Assembly: GCA_964616925.1 (NCBI GenBank)
Contig: CAZTTD010000002.1
Span: forward strand, 810 to 64,809
Source of the DNA: an uncultured Actinomyces sp.
GTDB lineage: Bacteria; Actinomycetota; Actinomycetes; Actinomycetales; Actinomycetaceae
Direction of reading: 5' to 3'
DNA length: 64,000 bases
Of this stretch, positions 17,976 to 28,132 are shown piece by piece (position 1 is the stretch's first letter; each line of letters begins with the position of its first letter). Under the pieces are notes generated by a model. It did not search any database, was not told where the DNA came from, and was given only the letters and a program-made list of their open reading frames with translations. Position numbers and translations under genes: made by a program.

Positions 17976-19520
17976 TCAGCCCTTCTGGAACATGGTCAGC
18001 ATGCGAGCAGTCACGCGGAACCCACCAAATATATTGATGGACGCAACCACAATCGCAATGAAACTGATGATGGTGACCGCTAGGTTGTCCGACCCGATCT
18101 GGCTGATCGCGCCAACCAGGATTATGCCGGAGATCGCATTCGTGACAGACATCAGCGGTGTGTGCAGTGAGTGGGCAACACCGGTGATCACGTAGAAACC
18201 AACCACGATCGCCAACACGAACACCATGTAGTGACCCAGTGCCAGGGAGGGCGTCACCATGACGAGGGCGGCGGCCGCCAAACCAGCCGCGAACATCCAC
18301 GCGAAACGCTTCTGCTTCGCAGCCGCAGCTTCCCGCGACGCCTCAGCCGCAGCCTTAGCGTGGTCAATGGGGTCCTTTGTCTCCGCAGCGGGTGCGGCCG
18401 ACACTTGAATGGGCGGTGGCGGCCACAGTATCTGCCCGTCATCCGTGACCGTGATGGTCCGAACAATCTCATCCTCCAGGTCGATGACCAGCTGTCCGTC
18501 CTTGTCCGGCGTCATCAGCTTCAGGAGGTTCACAATGTTCTGGGCGTAGAGCTGGGATGACTGGGTTGGCAGGCGCCCCGCCAGGTCCGTCCAACCGATG
18601 ATGGTCACGCCATTGTCGGTAACGACTTTTTCACCCGGCACGGTCTTCGTGGTGTTCCCACCGTTTGCCGCGGCCATGTCCACGATGACACTTCCGGGTT
18701 TCATCGCGGCAATCGCTGCATCGTCAAGCAGGATGGGGGACTTGCGCCCGGGAATGTTTGCGGTGGTGATGACAATATCGGAGGCAGCCGACTGCTTGGC
18801 GTACACCTGGTTCGCCAATGCCGCCTGGTCCTGCGTCATTTCCTTGGCGTATCCGTCTGTCGACTTCTCTTGCGCGGACGGTAGGGCAACGAACCTGGCC
18901 CCCATTGAGTTGACCTGTTCCGCAACCTCTGGGCGCACGTCTGAAGCGTAAACTTCAGCGCCCATGGAGTTGGCCGTACCGATTGCGGCAAGCCCGGCAA
19001 CGCCCGCCCCGATCACGTAGACGGACGCCGGAGGCATCTTCCCAGCCGCCGTCACCTGCCCCGTGAAAAGACGACCGAACTGGTTCGCGGCCTCCACGAT
19101 TGCCCGGTATCCAGCCACGTTCGCTTGGGAAGACAGAACGTCCATGGCCTGCGCCCTAGAAATCCTGGGAACGACGTCCATGGAAAGAGCGGTTATGTCA
19201 CGAGCCGCCAACTGCTCCAACAGCTCCTCATTGCGCATCGGAGCAAGACGGGAGATCAGCACGGCACCGGGATGCATCTTGTCCAGCTCATAGGGCTCTG
19301 GTGCGTCCAGGGTCAGCACGATGTCCGCGTCCAGCGCCTCATCGCGCCCCACGATCTGCGCGCCGGCCTCTTCGTATTGGTAGTCGGGGTAGGAAGATAG
19401 GTCCCCCGCCCCACTTTGAACGAGGACGGAATAACCCAACTTGATCAGCTTCGTCACTGTGTCGGGTGTGGCACCAACTAAGGGTTGGTCCGCCTTTTGC
19501 GCCGGTACACCAATACGCAT
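17976..19520 (-). CDS. pntA: NAD(P) transhydrogenase subunit alpha (fused alpha1-alpha2)
   Basis: MRIGVPAQ... is a dI domain with [15 protein letters not shown], followed by a C-terminal 4-TM part. The start is the ATG at 19518-19520, after AAGGA. Confidence 0.93.
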   Translation of the reverse strand: MRIGVPAQKADQPLVGATPDTVTKLIKLGYSVLVQSGAGDLSSYPDYQYEEAGAQIVGRDEALDADIVLTLDAPEPYELDKMHPGAVLISRLAPMRNEELLEQLAARDITALSMDVVPRISRAQAMDVLSSQANVAGYRAIVEAANQFGRLFTGQVTAAGKMPPASVYVIGAGVAGLAAIGTANSMGAEVYASDVRPEVAEQVNSMGARFVALPSAQEKSTDGYAKEMTQDQAALANQVYAKQSAASDIVITTANIPGRKSPILLDDAAIAAMKPGSVIVDMAAANGGNTTKTVPGEKVVTDNGVTIIGWTDLAGRLPTQSSQLYAQNIVNLLKLMTPDKDGQLVIDLEDEIVRTITVTDDGQILWPPPPIQVSAAPAAETKDPIDHAKAAAEASREAAAAKQKRFAWMFAAGLAAAALVMVTPSLALGHYMVFVLAIVVGFYVITGVAHSLHTPLMSVTNAISGIILVGAISQIGSDNLAVTIISFIAIVVASINIFGGFRVTARMLTMFQKG

Positions 19521-19652
19521 GTAAAATCCTTCAATTTTGTTAGGAGATGACCCAAGCCAACTATAGGCAACATGCGCCACACCTGCTGTCAAGATCCTCG
19601 GTGTTGTGCGACTCTCTTTCCCTTTTGCAGCGCCGGCGGGCTACGCTGTAAG

Positions 19653-19753
19653 TAGCCACGGGGCCCCTGATGCGGGGGTGAGAGGGGAACAGCAGTTCCC
19701 GACCGTCGAACCTGATCCGGTTAGTACCGGCGTAGGAAGGCATTCCGCGGCTA
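19653..19753 (+). promoter_or_regulatory. TPP (THI-box) riboswitch
   Basis: GGGGUGAGAGG ... ACCGUCGAACCUGAUCCGGUUAGUACCGGCGUAGGAAGG matches the conserved THI-box core. P1 is UAGCCACGG / CCGCGGCUA. It sits directly upstream of a ykoE-type S-component. Confidence 0.9.
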
Positions 19754-19789
19754 TGAAAAGTGGGTTTCAGTTAGTCCGTGGAGGAGAAC

Positions 19790-20383
19790 ATGACCGCTAA
19801 TAGATTCAGTTGGCGCGTTGTTGACATAGTTACCGCAGCCGTTTTGGGGACCGTCTTTGGTCTGGTCTTCTTTTTGTGGAATCAGGTGGGTTACGCAGCT
19901 TTTTCGGCGCTGGATGCACTGACTCCTGGAGTTGGCGGGATTGTGTCTGGCGTCTGGCTCATGGGTGGCCCAGTCGGGGCGCTAATCATTCGTAAACCGG
20001 GCGCCGCCATCTTTGTTGAGACCTTGGCTGCCGTTGTTTCCATGGGCCTTGGTTCCCAGTGGGGACCCGAGGCGCTGGTCGCGGGTCTCATGCAAGGCGC
20101 CGGCGCAGAAATCGCGTTCGCACTATTCCGCTACATGAAGTACACACCCGCAGTTGCCGCACTGGCCGGCGGACTGGCGGGTGTTGGCGCCATGCTCTTA
20201 GAAGGCGTCACCAGCGGAAACTTCGCCAAGTCCCTTCTGTTCAACGTCACCTACTGGTCGGCAACCATCATCTCCGGCGTCGTCATTGCGGGACTCGGCT
20301 CCTATTATCTGGTCGTTGCATTAGCAAAGGCCGGTGCCCTGGGACGTTTCGCCGCGGGGGCGGAACTTCAGAAGAGGGTTTAG
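19790..20383 (+). CDS. ykoE: ECF transporter S component, YkoE-type (thiamine/HMP)
   Basis: Roughly 197-aa six-TM protein whose pattern fits YkoE. GGAGGAG lies 4 nt before the ATG at 19790. It is downstream of the TPP riboswitch. Confidence 0.8.
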   Translation: MTANRFSWRVVDIVTAAVLGTVFGLVFFLWNQVGYAAFSALDALTPGVGGIVSGVWLMGGPVGALIIRKPGAAIFVETLAAVVSMGLGSQWGPEALVAGLMQGAGAEIAFALFRYMKYTPAVAALAGGLAGVGAMLLEGVTSGNFAKSLLFNVTYWSATIISGVVIAGLGSYYLVVALAKAGALGRFAAGAELQKRV

Positions 20384-20387
20384 TGAC

Positions 20388-22769
20388 ATGACGACGCCCT
20401 CGCCCCATGCAGAATCCGCCACGCTGGCCCAGCCGACCGTCCGCGCGGAAGGCTGGGGTTGGCGCCACCCGGGACGCAAAGCCTGGGCTGTCGAGGGCGT
20501 CGATGTGGATATCCCGGCGGGCCAGAAGGTGCTGCTCGTGGGCAGTTCCGGTAGCGGCAAGTCGACGCTTCTACACGGACTGGCTGGAGTTTTGGACCTT
20601 GATGGCGGTGAGGCGCGCGGCACCCTGACCGTGGACCAGCTTCCAGCCCAATCCCCGCGGGTACGAGGGCGTGTCGGCCTGGTCCAGCAGGACCCCGAAA
20701 GTCAGCGTGTCATGGGGAGGATTGGGGACGAGGTCGCTTTTGGTCTGGAAAACCTGGGCATCCCACAGCAGGAAATCTGGCCGCGTGTTTCTGAAGCACT
20801 GAAGATGGTGGGGCTTCACTACCCGCTGGCGCACCCGACCTCAGAATTATCCGGCGGTGAAAAGCAGCGGTTGGCGTTGGCCTGCGCGCTGGCAATGAAC
20901 CCGCAGGTCATGCTGTTGGATGAACCCACCGCCAACCTGGACCCGGAGGGGGCGGATGATGTGCGTGAATCCGCCCTCGCCCTTAACCGCGACACGGGCG
21001 CCACGCTGGTGATTGTCGAGCACAACATCGGCCCCTGGCTGCCACACGTTGACCGCATGATTGTGATGACCCGCGGGCACATAATCGCTGATGGAGACCC
21101 GGTGCAAGTGATTGCGCAGCACCGCGACGCCCTCCTGGAGGCGGGCGTTTGGCTGCCCGGGGAAAACCCACTGGACCACGTTGCATCCCCCGTGGGAAGG
21201 CCCGCACCAACGGGAGGCGTTGCGCTTTCCATGGCGGACCTGGCCGTAGGGTACCCGGGCGCGGAATCTCCCCAGAAGGACCTGAACCACCAGTTTCCCC
21301 AGGCCGTTTCCACCTGCGTGGTCGGCCCCAACGGCGTCGGGAAAACGACACTGGCGCTCACGTTGGCCGGGTTGCTGGCACCTGCCGCCGGGAAGGTGGA
21401 GGCGGGCAACTCCCTCACTTCCACCCTGGATGGGGCGCAAGTGTCCAGTTCAGAGCCCATTGAGTGGGACCCGGGAGAGTTGCTTGGCCGCATCTCCATG
21501 GTTTTCCAAGAACCCCAGTACCAGTTCGTGACGTCAAGTGTGGAGGAAGAACTCTCGCTTGGGCCAGGCCTGCTTGGCATGGAGCAGGCGGAACGCGAAG
21601 AGCTAGTTGAGATTTACCTTGACCGCCTGCGCCTACGCCACCTGCGGAAGGCCCATCCACTTTCTCTTTCGGGCGGTGAGAGGCGCCGATTGGGAGTCGG
21701 GACCGCGTTGATCGCATCGCCCTCCGTGGTCGTTTTAGATGAGCCGACCTTCGGCCAAGACTTCAACACATGGTGCGAACTGGTGGGCCTGCTGAAGGAC
21801 GCGCGAAGCCGCGGTGTCACGCTGATAGCGGTGACGCACGACCGGTACCTGGTGGAGGCGCTCGGTGAACAGGTCCTAGAGCTGCGGCCCCGCGAACTGC
21901 GCGTCGCGCAGGAGCTGCCGGTCGCGGGTGACCAAGCGGACGCATATCGGGGCGCGCCGAACCAAGCCGCGTCTCCGGCCGGGCCCCCCGCGCCCGCGTC
22001 CCCTCCACACGCCCCCAAAACCAGTGCGCTCTCCCGGGTGAACCCCGCCATTGCCCTCCTGGCACTTTTCGTGATGACCCTGCCCCTAATGGCCACAATC
22101 GACCCCGTGAGCGCCGGCGTGGCGGTTGCCCTTGAGCTTCTATTGCTGCCGCTTGCGGGCCTGCGCCCTCGCCAGTTTTTCATCCGGATTTCCCCACTCC
22201 TGTTCGCGGCGCCCCTAGCGGCAGTCTCTATGCTGCTCTACGCGGCACCAGCCGGAGAGATCTATGCCGCCTGGGGCCCCGTGGTGATCAGCCAGAACTC
22301 CGTGACCCTTTCGATCTCAATAGCGCTGCGCGTTTTCGCGGTCGGCATGCCAGCGGTGGTAATTCTGCCGAGCCTAGGATCAACCGAAGTCGCCGACGCC
22401 CTCACCCAAGTCGCTCACCTACCATCGCGCTTCGTCCTATCGTCACTGGCCGCGATCCGCATGGTCGGCCTCATGCTTTCTGATTGGCAGGCACTGCACC
22501 GAGCACGTCGCTCCCGCGGACTCAAGGGGACGAATTTCGCCCGGTCCGCGCTATCGCTAGTCACGTTCGCCCTGCGTCGCGCGGAAGCACTGTCCGTTTC
22601 CATGGAGGCGCGCGGGTTCGGGTCAGACATCCTGCGAACCAACGCTCGCGACTCCGTGCTGAGCAGGGCGGACGTGGTCATGATGCTAATCGCCCTAGCC
22701 GTTCCCGCAATCGCGTTGGTCGCATCCGCCCTAACCGGACAGTTCACGCTTTTCGGGATCGCGCGATGA
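20388..22769 (+). CDS. ykoD: fused ECF transporter ATPase-ATPase-T component (YkoD-YkoC fusion)
   Basis: Two ABC cassettes (GSSGSGKST...LSGGEKQR...LLDEPT and GPNGVGKTT...LSGGERRR...VLDEPT) are followed by a CbiQ/EcfT-like polytopic C-terminus. Confidence 0.85.
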   Translation: MTTPSPHAESATLAQPTVRAEGWGWRHPGRKAWAVEGVDVDIPAGQKVLLVGSSGSGKSTLLHGLAGVLDLDGGEARGTLTVDQLPAQSPRVRGRVGLVQQDPESQRVMGRIGDEVAFGLENLGIPQQEIWPRVSEALKMVGLHYPLAHPTSELSGGEKQRLALACALAMNPQVMLLDEPTANLDPEGADDVRESALALNRDTGATLVIVEHNIGPWLPHVDRMIVMTRGHIIADGDPVQVIAQHRDALLEAGVWLPGENPLDHVASPVGRPAPTGGVALSMADLAVGYPGAESPQKDLNHQFPQAVSTCVVGPNGVGKTTLALTLAGLLAPAAGKVEAGNSLTSTLDGAQVSSSEPIEWDPGELLGRISMVFQEPQYQFVTSSVEEELSLGPGLLGMEQAEREELVEIYLDRLRLRHLRKAHPLSLSGGERRRLGVGTALIASPSVVVLDEPTFGQDFNTWCELVGLLKDARSRGVTLIAVTHDRYLVEALGEQVLELRPRELRVAQELPVAGDQADAYRGAPNQAASPAGPPAPASPPHAPKTSALSRVNPAIALLALFVMTLPLMATIDPVSAGVAVALELLLLPLAGLRPRQFFIRISPLLFAAPLAAVSMLLYAAPAGEIYAAWGPVVISQNSVTLSISIALRVFAVGMPAVVILPSLGSTEVADALTQVAHLPSRFVLSSLAAIRMVGLMLSDWQALHRARRSRGLKGTNFARSALSLVTFALRRAEALSVSMEARGFGSDILRTNARDSVLSRADVVMMLIALAVPAIALVASALTGQFTLFGIAR

Positions 22770-23308
22770 TTAGCGAGGACGTAAGGCGCGGCGTCCAACA
22801 GATACTGGGGCAGCTGCGGCAAAAGGGCCTCGCTACGCCTGCCACCCCCGTCCACATTCTTATCGACGGGCCCTCCGGGTCTGGCAAAACTACGCTTGCA
22901 CAGGTGCTGGGGGAGGCCCTTGACGCGCCCGTTTACGGCTCCGAATACTGGGCGCCCGGGTGGGAGGGACTGGCGGAAGGTACGCGGATGACGGAGGAGC
23001 TGGTGTCTGGAAAGACGCCCTCGTACCGACGCTGGGACTGGGAAACGTACGGATTTGCCGAAGAGGTGCCCTTCGACGCGCAGGGGGCGTGGATCGTGGA
23101 GGGGTGCGGTGCGCTGACGCCCATGTCGGCGCAGCACGCGGACGTGACCGTGTGGGTGGAGGCGGACCCGAACGTCGCGAAGGCGCGCGGCTTGGGGCGC
23201 GACGGGGAGACCTACGCCGCGCACTGGGATTCCTGGCACCGCCAAGAGGTAGCCCACTGGGAGCGGAACGCGCCGCGGGACTTAGCCGACGTCACGATAC
23301 GCACGTAA
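22766..23308 (+). CDS. small P-loop NTPase (nucleoside/uridine-kinase-like)
   Basis: 180-aa ORF with Walker A GPSGSGKTT. Its ATG overlaps the ykoDC stop (ATGA at 22766-22769). It is the last gene of the riboswitch-controlled operon. Confidence 0.6.
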   Translation: MISEDVRRGVQQILGQLRQKGLATPATPVHILIDGPSGSGKTTLAQVLGEALDAPVYGSEYWAPGWEGLAEGTRMTEELVSGKTPSYRRWDWETYGFAEEVPFDAQGAWIVEGCGALTPMSAQHADVTVWVEADPNVAKARGLGRDGETYAAHWDSWHRQEVAHWERNAPRDLADVTIRT

Positions 23309-23328
23309 GGGACGCCGTCAGTCTGCGT

Positions 23329-24219
23329 TCAGTCGGCGTATTTTGGCGAGGGCGAGGCCGTCCACACGAACGTCACGTACGGCAGGTGGACGAGGGCGTC
23401 TTGCTCAAACCCCATGTGCTCAGCCAGGTACCACGCGAGGTTTTCCTGCATCTTTTCCCGCCGTGCCTCAGTCGCGTGCAGGTACGACGAGCGGGTTCGC
23501 GCCAGCGCCATCACTTCTTCCACGGTGAGGTTCTGCACCCAGGGGAACTGCTGGAGTGTAGGCGCGCCGAATGCGGGACCCAACTGCGGTGGGCGCTCAG
23601 CCCGCACGACATCCCCGGAGCGCATAATCCGGCTCAACCTGTGAATCCATGGGACGGAAACATCCAACTGGTTGGCGACAACCGCGAGCGTCCCGTTCGG
23701 AAGTAGGATTCTGGCGGCCTCGCTTGCCGCCGCCCGCACATCCAGCCAGTGGTAACACTGCGCCCACACCACCAAGTTAGCGCTTGACGCGGGCAGCCCC
23801 GTGTCCTCAGCCGTTCCGTCCACCACTTCTACGGAGCCTGCCCAAGGCTGAGCTTGAAGGACTTCGCGCATGGCCCCTGAGGGTTCGAGGGCGATTGTGC
23901 GAATCCCCCTCTCCACCAAACCCGCGGTGAACTGCCCGGTTCCAGCCCCGATGTCGACGGCCGTGAAGTCGCGAGGTGTGCCCTGGGTGGCGCTTGTCCC
24001 GCCCCTGTCGGCACTGCCGTCCTTGGGGCGGGACTGGTCCTTGGGGTGGGGTTCGGCCGTGCGCGCCCTCGCCAAAATCGCGTCAAAGGCGGGCGCGGGG
24101 TAGTCGGGCCGAACGCCCTGGTACTCAAGGGCTTGGTTCGGCCCCACCGGGCCCTCGAACGGATTGATGAGGGCGGGGTTGGACTCTAGGCCCGGGTAGG
24201 ACCGGCGGGGCTCAACCAA
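23329..24219 (-). CDS. class I SAM-dependent methyltransferase
   Basis: Motif I VDIGAGTGQFT, followed by a post-I acidic residue and the rest of the Rossmann MTase pattern. Confidence 0.8.
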   Translation of the reverse strand: MVEPRRSYPGLESNPALINPFEGPVGPNQALEYQGVRPDYPAPAFDAILARARTAEPHPKDQSRPKDGSADRGGTSATQGTPRDFTAVDIGAGTGQFTAGLVERGIRTIALEPSGAMREVLQAQPWAGSVEVVDGTAEDTGLPASSANLVVWAQCYHWLDVRAAASEAARILLPNGTLAVVANQLDVSVPWIHRLSRIMRSGDVVRAERPPQLGPAFGAPTLQQFPWVQNLTVEEVMALARTRSSYLHATEARREKMQENLAWYLAEHMGFEQDALVHLPYVTFVWTASPSPKYAD

Positions 24220-24228
24220 TCTGGGGGC

Positions 24229-25320
24229 CTACTGTTCCCCGTAAGTTACGCCGACCTGCGCCAACGCGGCGTCCATCATTTCTTGGACCGCAAGCGTGGC
24301 GTTCCACGGGACGACGGGGGACTCAAGGAGACCCGCGCGGATGCACCGGGCGGCCTCTGCGGCCTGATACTGGAACCCACCGACGATCCGCGCGTCCCAC
24401 TTGGCCTTCCGAAGGTTCCCTGCGGCGCCCGTCTTCGGGTCGAGGTCGTAAACGCGCAAGCTCACCTGTGTGGGGCGGTAGAACTGGGTGGGCATGACGA
24501 TACTTCCGCCCTCGAACGTCAGGGTTGCCTGCGTGGGGCTGATCCCGTCCAGTTGGCAGGTCGCGACGGACAGTGCCCCGTCGTGCTTGCCGATGACAAC
24601 GTCTCCCACGTCGATCCCGCGTTCGGAGAGGCGTCCGAGGGCGTTCTGCTCCCCGGGCTTCCCCAGCGTCATTTCGACCAGAGAGACGGGGTAGACGCCC
24701 AGGTCCAGCATGGCTCCGCCACCCATGGATGGCTCCACTAGGCGCGGGATGTGGGTGAGGCGCTGGCCGTGGTCGGCGGTGACTTCAACCAGGTTACCCA
24801 GGCGGCCGTTCGCGATTGCGTCGCGGATGAAGTGGTAGTGGGGAAGGTGACGGCTCCACATGGCTTCCATCGCGAACAGTCCCTTTTCGCGGGCCGTATC
24901 GAAGACCTCTTTGGCCTCTGCGGTGGACATGGCGAATGCTTTTTCCACTAGGACGGGCTTACCCGCGTTCAGCGCGAGTAGCGCGTCTTCGTGGTGGCGC
25001 ACGTGGGGCGTCGCGACATACACGGCATCCACGTTCGGGTCGGCAACCAATTCTTCGTAGCTTCCGTGAGCACCTGCGGCGGGGATGTCGTTCTCTTTCG
25101 CGAACGCCTGTGCCTTAGACAGGGTCCGGGATCCGATGGCAACAATTCTCTGGTTGGAGTAGCGCGGCACGTCCGTTGCAAAGGTGCGCGCTATGCCGCC
25201 TGCGCCAAGGATGCCCCAACGTATCGAGGGCGCGTCGAATGGTTCTGGCATGATAAAGCCTGGTGCCACTTCTGCGAACAGGTCGGGGAGGGGATTCGGG
25301 GAGATGTTTTTTGAGCTCAT
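24229..25320 (-). CDS. Gfo/Idh/MocA family oxidoreductase
   Basis: IRWGILGAGGIARTF dinucleotide fold and an EKAF motif. I chose the ATG at 25318-25320 (MSSKNISP...). Confidence 0.8.
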   Translation of the reverse strand: MSSKNISPNPLPDLFAEVAPGFIMPEPFDAPSIRWGILGAGGIARTFATDVPRYSNQRIVAIGSRTLSKAQAFAKENDIPAAGAHGSYEELVADPNVDAVYVATPHVRHHEDALLALNAGKPVLVEKAFAMSTAEAKEVFDTAREKGLFAMEAMWSRHLPHYHFIRDAIANGRLGNLVEVTADHGQRLTHIPRLVEPSMGGGAMLDLGVYPVSLVEMTLGKPGEQNALGRLSERGIDVGDVVIGKHDGALSVATCQLDGISPTQATLTFEGGSIVMPTQFYRPTQVSLRVYDLDPKTGAAGNLRKAKWDARIVGGFQYQAAEAARCIRAGLLESPVVPWNATLAVQEMMDAALAQVGVTYGEQ

Positions 25321-25424
25321 AGTCTGATTTTGCCCGTAAAACGTTCCGGGCGGTACCGTATGTCGGAATAACGGGCGTTGACCTTGCGGTTTGCCCCGTT
25401 TAGCTATCTTCTTTGGGGAGGCAC

Positions 25425-27125
25425 ATGCCACTGTATTCATTGCTTGGCGTCTTGATGGCCATGGTCGCCTACGCGATTTCGGTCTCCCCATCGTTGTTGC
25501 CGCGGCGCTGGTGGTGGCATGCGTTTGTGTCGGGCATAGTCACGGGGATTGCCTACGTGCTGGGTTGGGCTCTGACGCAGTTGGGGTTGTGGGCGTGGGA
25601 CTCACTGCGGATAGTCCTGACGGCACCTGAGGCGGTCACGCTGTGGCTGAAGTACATCGTGGTAGCCGTGGTGGTGGGGTGGACTTTGCGTTCTTGCTGG
25701 CAGTCCTACCATGCGGGGCGTCTGGCCGCGAACATGCAGGAGATGAAGCCGGTTGGTCCGGGGGAGTACCTGGCGGGGTTCTTGGCCTCCTTCGTGATGT
25801 TCGCGTTTGTGGTGCAGCTGGTTCACCTCTTGATAAGCATCTTTACACTCACGTTCAACCTCCTTCCGACCAACCTGTATGTGCCAGTTTCGGTCCTAAT
25901 CTCTGCCATTGTGACAGTGGCCTTGGTTTTGTTCGTGTCGAACAAGGTGGTTTTCAAGGCGATCATGGCGTTCTTTGCACGCAAGGCAGAGGCCCTCAAC
26001 ACAACTAGTGGCGGTGGCTACGACCAGCCGGTGGTCAGTGAGCGCTCAGGGTCTGCCGAATCATTGTCGACCTGGCCAACGATTGGTGGGCAGGGAAGGA
26101 AGTTCCTCACCAAGGGCCCCAGCGCCCAGATGATAACGGATGTAACCGGGGCGGATGCGATGGAGCCGATCCGCATCTACGTGGGCATGCCTAAGAGAGA
26201 TGCCGACCTTGAGAAGGTAGCGGACCTGGCGCTGGCGGAGATGGAGCGCACCCGTGCCTTTGAACGCGACGTGGTGTTGGTCAATACCGCGACCGGCTCA
26301 GGCTGGGTTGATGAGTGGCTGGTTCAACCCATGGAGTACCTAAGTCACGGGGACTGTGCAACCGTAACCATGCAGTACTCCTACTTGTTTTCAGCCGCCA
26401 TGCTGCTGTCGGATTTGGAGCCCTGCGCGCAAGCCGGACAGTATTTGTTTGAACGCGTGGAACACCGAATACTTCAGATGCCGGAGGAAGAGCGCCCTCT
26501 CCTGATTGCTGCTGGTGAGTCATTGGGGGCCTACGGGTCACAGTACGCATTTGAGGACTTGGAAGATTTGAGCATGCGGGTGGATGGTGCCATCTGGACC
26601 GGTTCACCGTCCGCGTCACCTCTTCACAGAGAAGGGACGCTGGGTCGTCATCGGGGCAGCCCCCAGGTGGCTCCCGTCTATGACAACGCACGTCATGTGC
26701 GGTTTGTGAACACCCCGGAACAGTTGGAGCGGGACATCTATGGCAGGGAACTACCCCCTTGGGAGTTCCCCCGGATTGTCTTTGCTCAACACGCGTCCGA
26801 CCCGGTGGTTTTCTATACCGCCGACCTGGCGTTCAGGGAACCGGACTGGATCCGTGAGCGGGCGGGACTGGACGTGTCCGACCTTATGAGATACACCCCC
26901 GGTGCCACATTTGTTCAGGTGGTGGCCGATCTGCCGGTCGCGGGCACCGCACCATCCGGGCACGGACACAGCTACCACCAGGAGCTGGTGGATGTCTGGG
27001 CAGCCGTTCTGGGTTTTGACCACGAAAGGGCGCTGGGGCGCCTTGGCGACACCGAATGGTTCACTTCGCAGATGAAAATTGCGATTGGGAACGCGATCGA
27101 CACCGACAATATGCGGGACCCCTAA
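25425..27125 (+). CDS. membrane-anchored alpha/beta-hydrolase family protein (Abhydrolase_9-like)
   Basis: An N-terminal multi-TM region is followed by a hydrolase domain with the GESLGAYG nucleophile elbow. GGGGAGG lies upstream of the ATG at 25425. Confidence 0.7.
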   Translation: MPLYSLLGVLMAMVAYAISVSPSLLPRRWWWHAFVSGIVTGIAYVLGWALTQLGLWAWDSLRIVLTAPEAVTLWLKYIVVAVVVGWTLRSCWQSYHAGRLAANMQEMKPVGPGEYLAGFLASFVMFAFVVQLVHLLISIFTLTFNLLPTNLYVPVSVLISAIVTVALVLFVSNKVVFKAIMAFFARKAEALNTTSGGGYDQPVVSERSGSAESLSTWPTIGGQGRKFLTKGPSAQMITDVTGADAMEPIRIYVGMPKRDADLEKVADLALAEMERTRAFERDVVLVNTATGSGWVDEWLVQPMEYLSHGDCATVTMQYSYLFSAAMLLSDLEPCAQAGQYLFERVEHRILQMPEEERPLLIAAGESLGAYGSQYAFEDLEDLSMRVDGAIWTGSPSASPLHREGTLGRHRGSPQVAPVYDNARHVRFVNTPEQLERDIYGRELPPWEFPRIVFAQHASDPVVFYTADLAFREPDWIRERAGLDVSDLMRYTPGATFVQVVADLPVAGTAPSGHGHSYHQELVDVWAAVLGFDHERALGRLGDTEWFTSQMKIAIGNAIDTDNMRDP

Positions 27126-27130
27126 ATCCC

Positions 27131-28123
27131 TTACCTGGATTCCAGGATCTCTTTCACCCAGTCCCGGGCCTGGTCAAAGTCCCGGTCGCTGGTGCCACGC
27201 TGGATTTGTGTCCGCACGCCATCAACCCGCGGGTACGACCCCAAGAACTGTACTTTCGGGCACGTCCGGTGCAGCCCCACAAGAGCCGCCTGCACCCGCT
27301 CTTCGGAAAGGTGTCCCTCAATGTCGATAGAGAATGCGTAGTGGCCCAGGCTGTCCCCTGCCGGTCTGGACTCAATCCGGGAAAGGTTCACGCCGCGAAC
27401 ACTGAACTGTTCCAGCATCTCTAGGAGCGCACCGGCCTCGTCCGTCGGGAGGTGCACCTGGACGGTTGTCTTGTCAGCTCCTGTTGCCGGGGGTAGATTT
27501 CCGGGCGGCGCAGCCATGACGAAACGCGTAACCGCACCACGGTTGTCCGCGACATCCGTCGCCAGGGGAACCAGGCCATAACGTTCCACAGATGTCGCGT
27601 TGCACAGGGTCGCCTCAAACGGCAGGTCCTCTGTTTGGCCGCTGAGTTCTCCCAGCAGTTCCGCACCAGCGGCCGTTGACGTGGTTGGTACGTGGATCAC
27701 CCCGGGCAGGTTGGATTCAGCCCAGCCGCGGCACTGCGCCCACGCGTGCGGGTGGGTCCCGACGCGCCTGATGTTCTGGATTTCCATGCCCGGCGGCGCA
27801 GCGAGGACGAAGCGCACCGGCACGATCATTTCAGACACGATGTGCAGCTCCTCCCCGCGGGAGAGGGAGTCGATGGTCGCGTTCACACCGCCCTCGATCG
27901 AATTCTCAATGGGAACCACTGCACGGTCCGCTTCTTTCAAGCGCACCATCTCCAGCGCCTGTGGGGCAGACGTTGCCGGAAGGAGGACGGCACCTGCCGG
28001 CGCAACTTGCCAAACTGCCTGTTCAGTAAAGGTTCCAAAGGGGCCCAAAAAGGAGATCCTGGTTTGGTCCCCGGCTGTTTTCGGCCCAGGAAAGTTCGTT
28101 ACGCGGCCCGTGGCTGCAGTCAT
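27131..28123 (-). CDS. pheA: prephenate dehydratase
   Basis: PDT domain (ISFLGPFGTFTEQA, TRF) followed by an ACT domain with the ESRP motif. Confidence 0.9.
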   Translation of the reverse strand: MTAATGRVTNFPGPKTAGDQTRISFLGPFGTFTEQAVWQVAPAGAVLLPATSAPQALEMVRLKEADRAVVPIENSIEGGVNATIDSLSRGEELHIVSEMIVPVRFVLAAPPGMEIQNIRRVGTHPHAWAQCRGWAESNLPGVIHVPTTSTAAGAELLGELSGQTEDLPFEATLCNATSVERYGLVPLATDVADNRGAVTRFVMAAPPGNLPPATGADKTTVQVHLPTDEAGALLEMLEQFSVRGVNLSRIESRPAGDSLGHYAFSIDIEGHLSEERVQAALVGLHRTCPKVQFLGSYPRVDGVRTQIQRGTSDRDFDQARDWVKEILESR

Positions 28124-28132
28124 ATGGAATCC

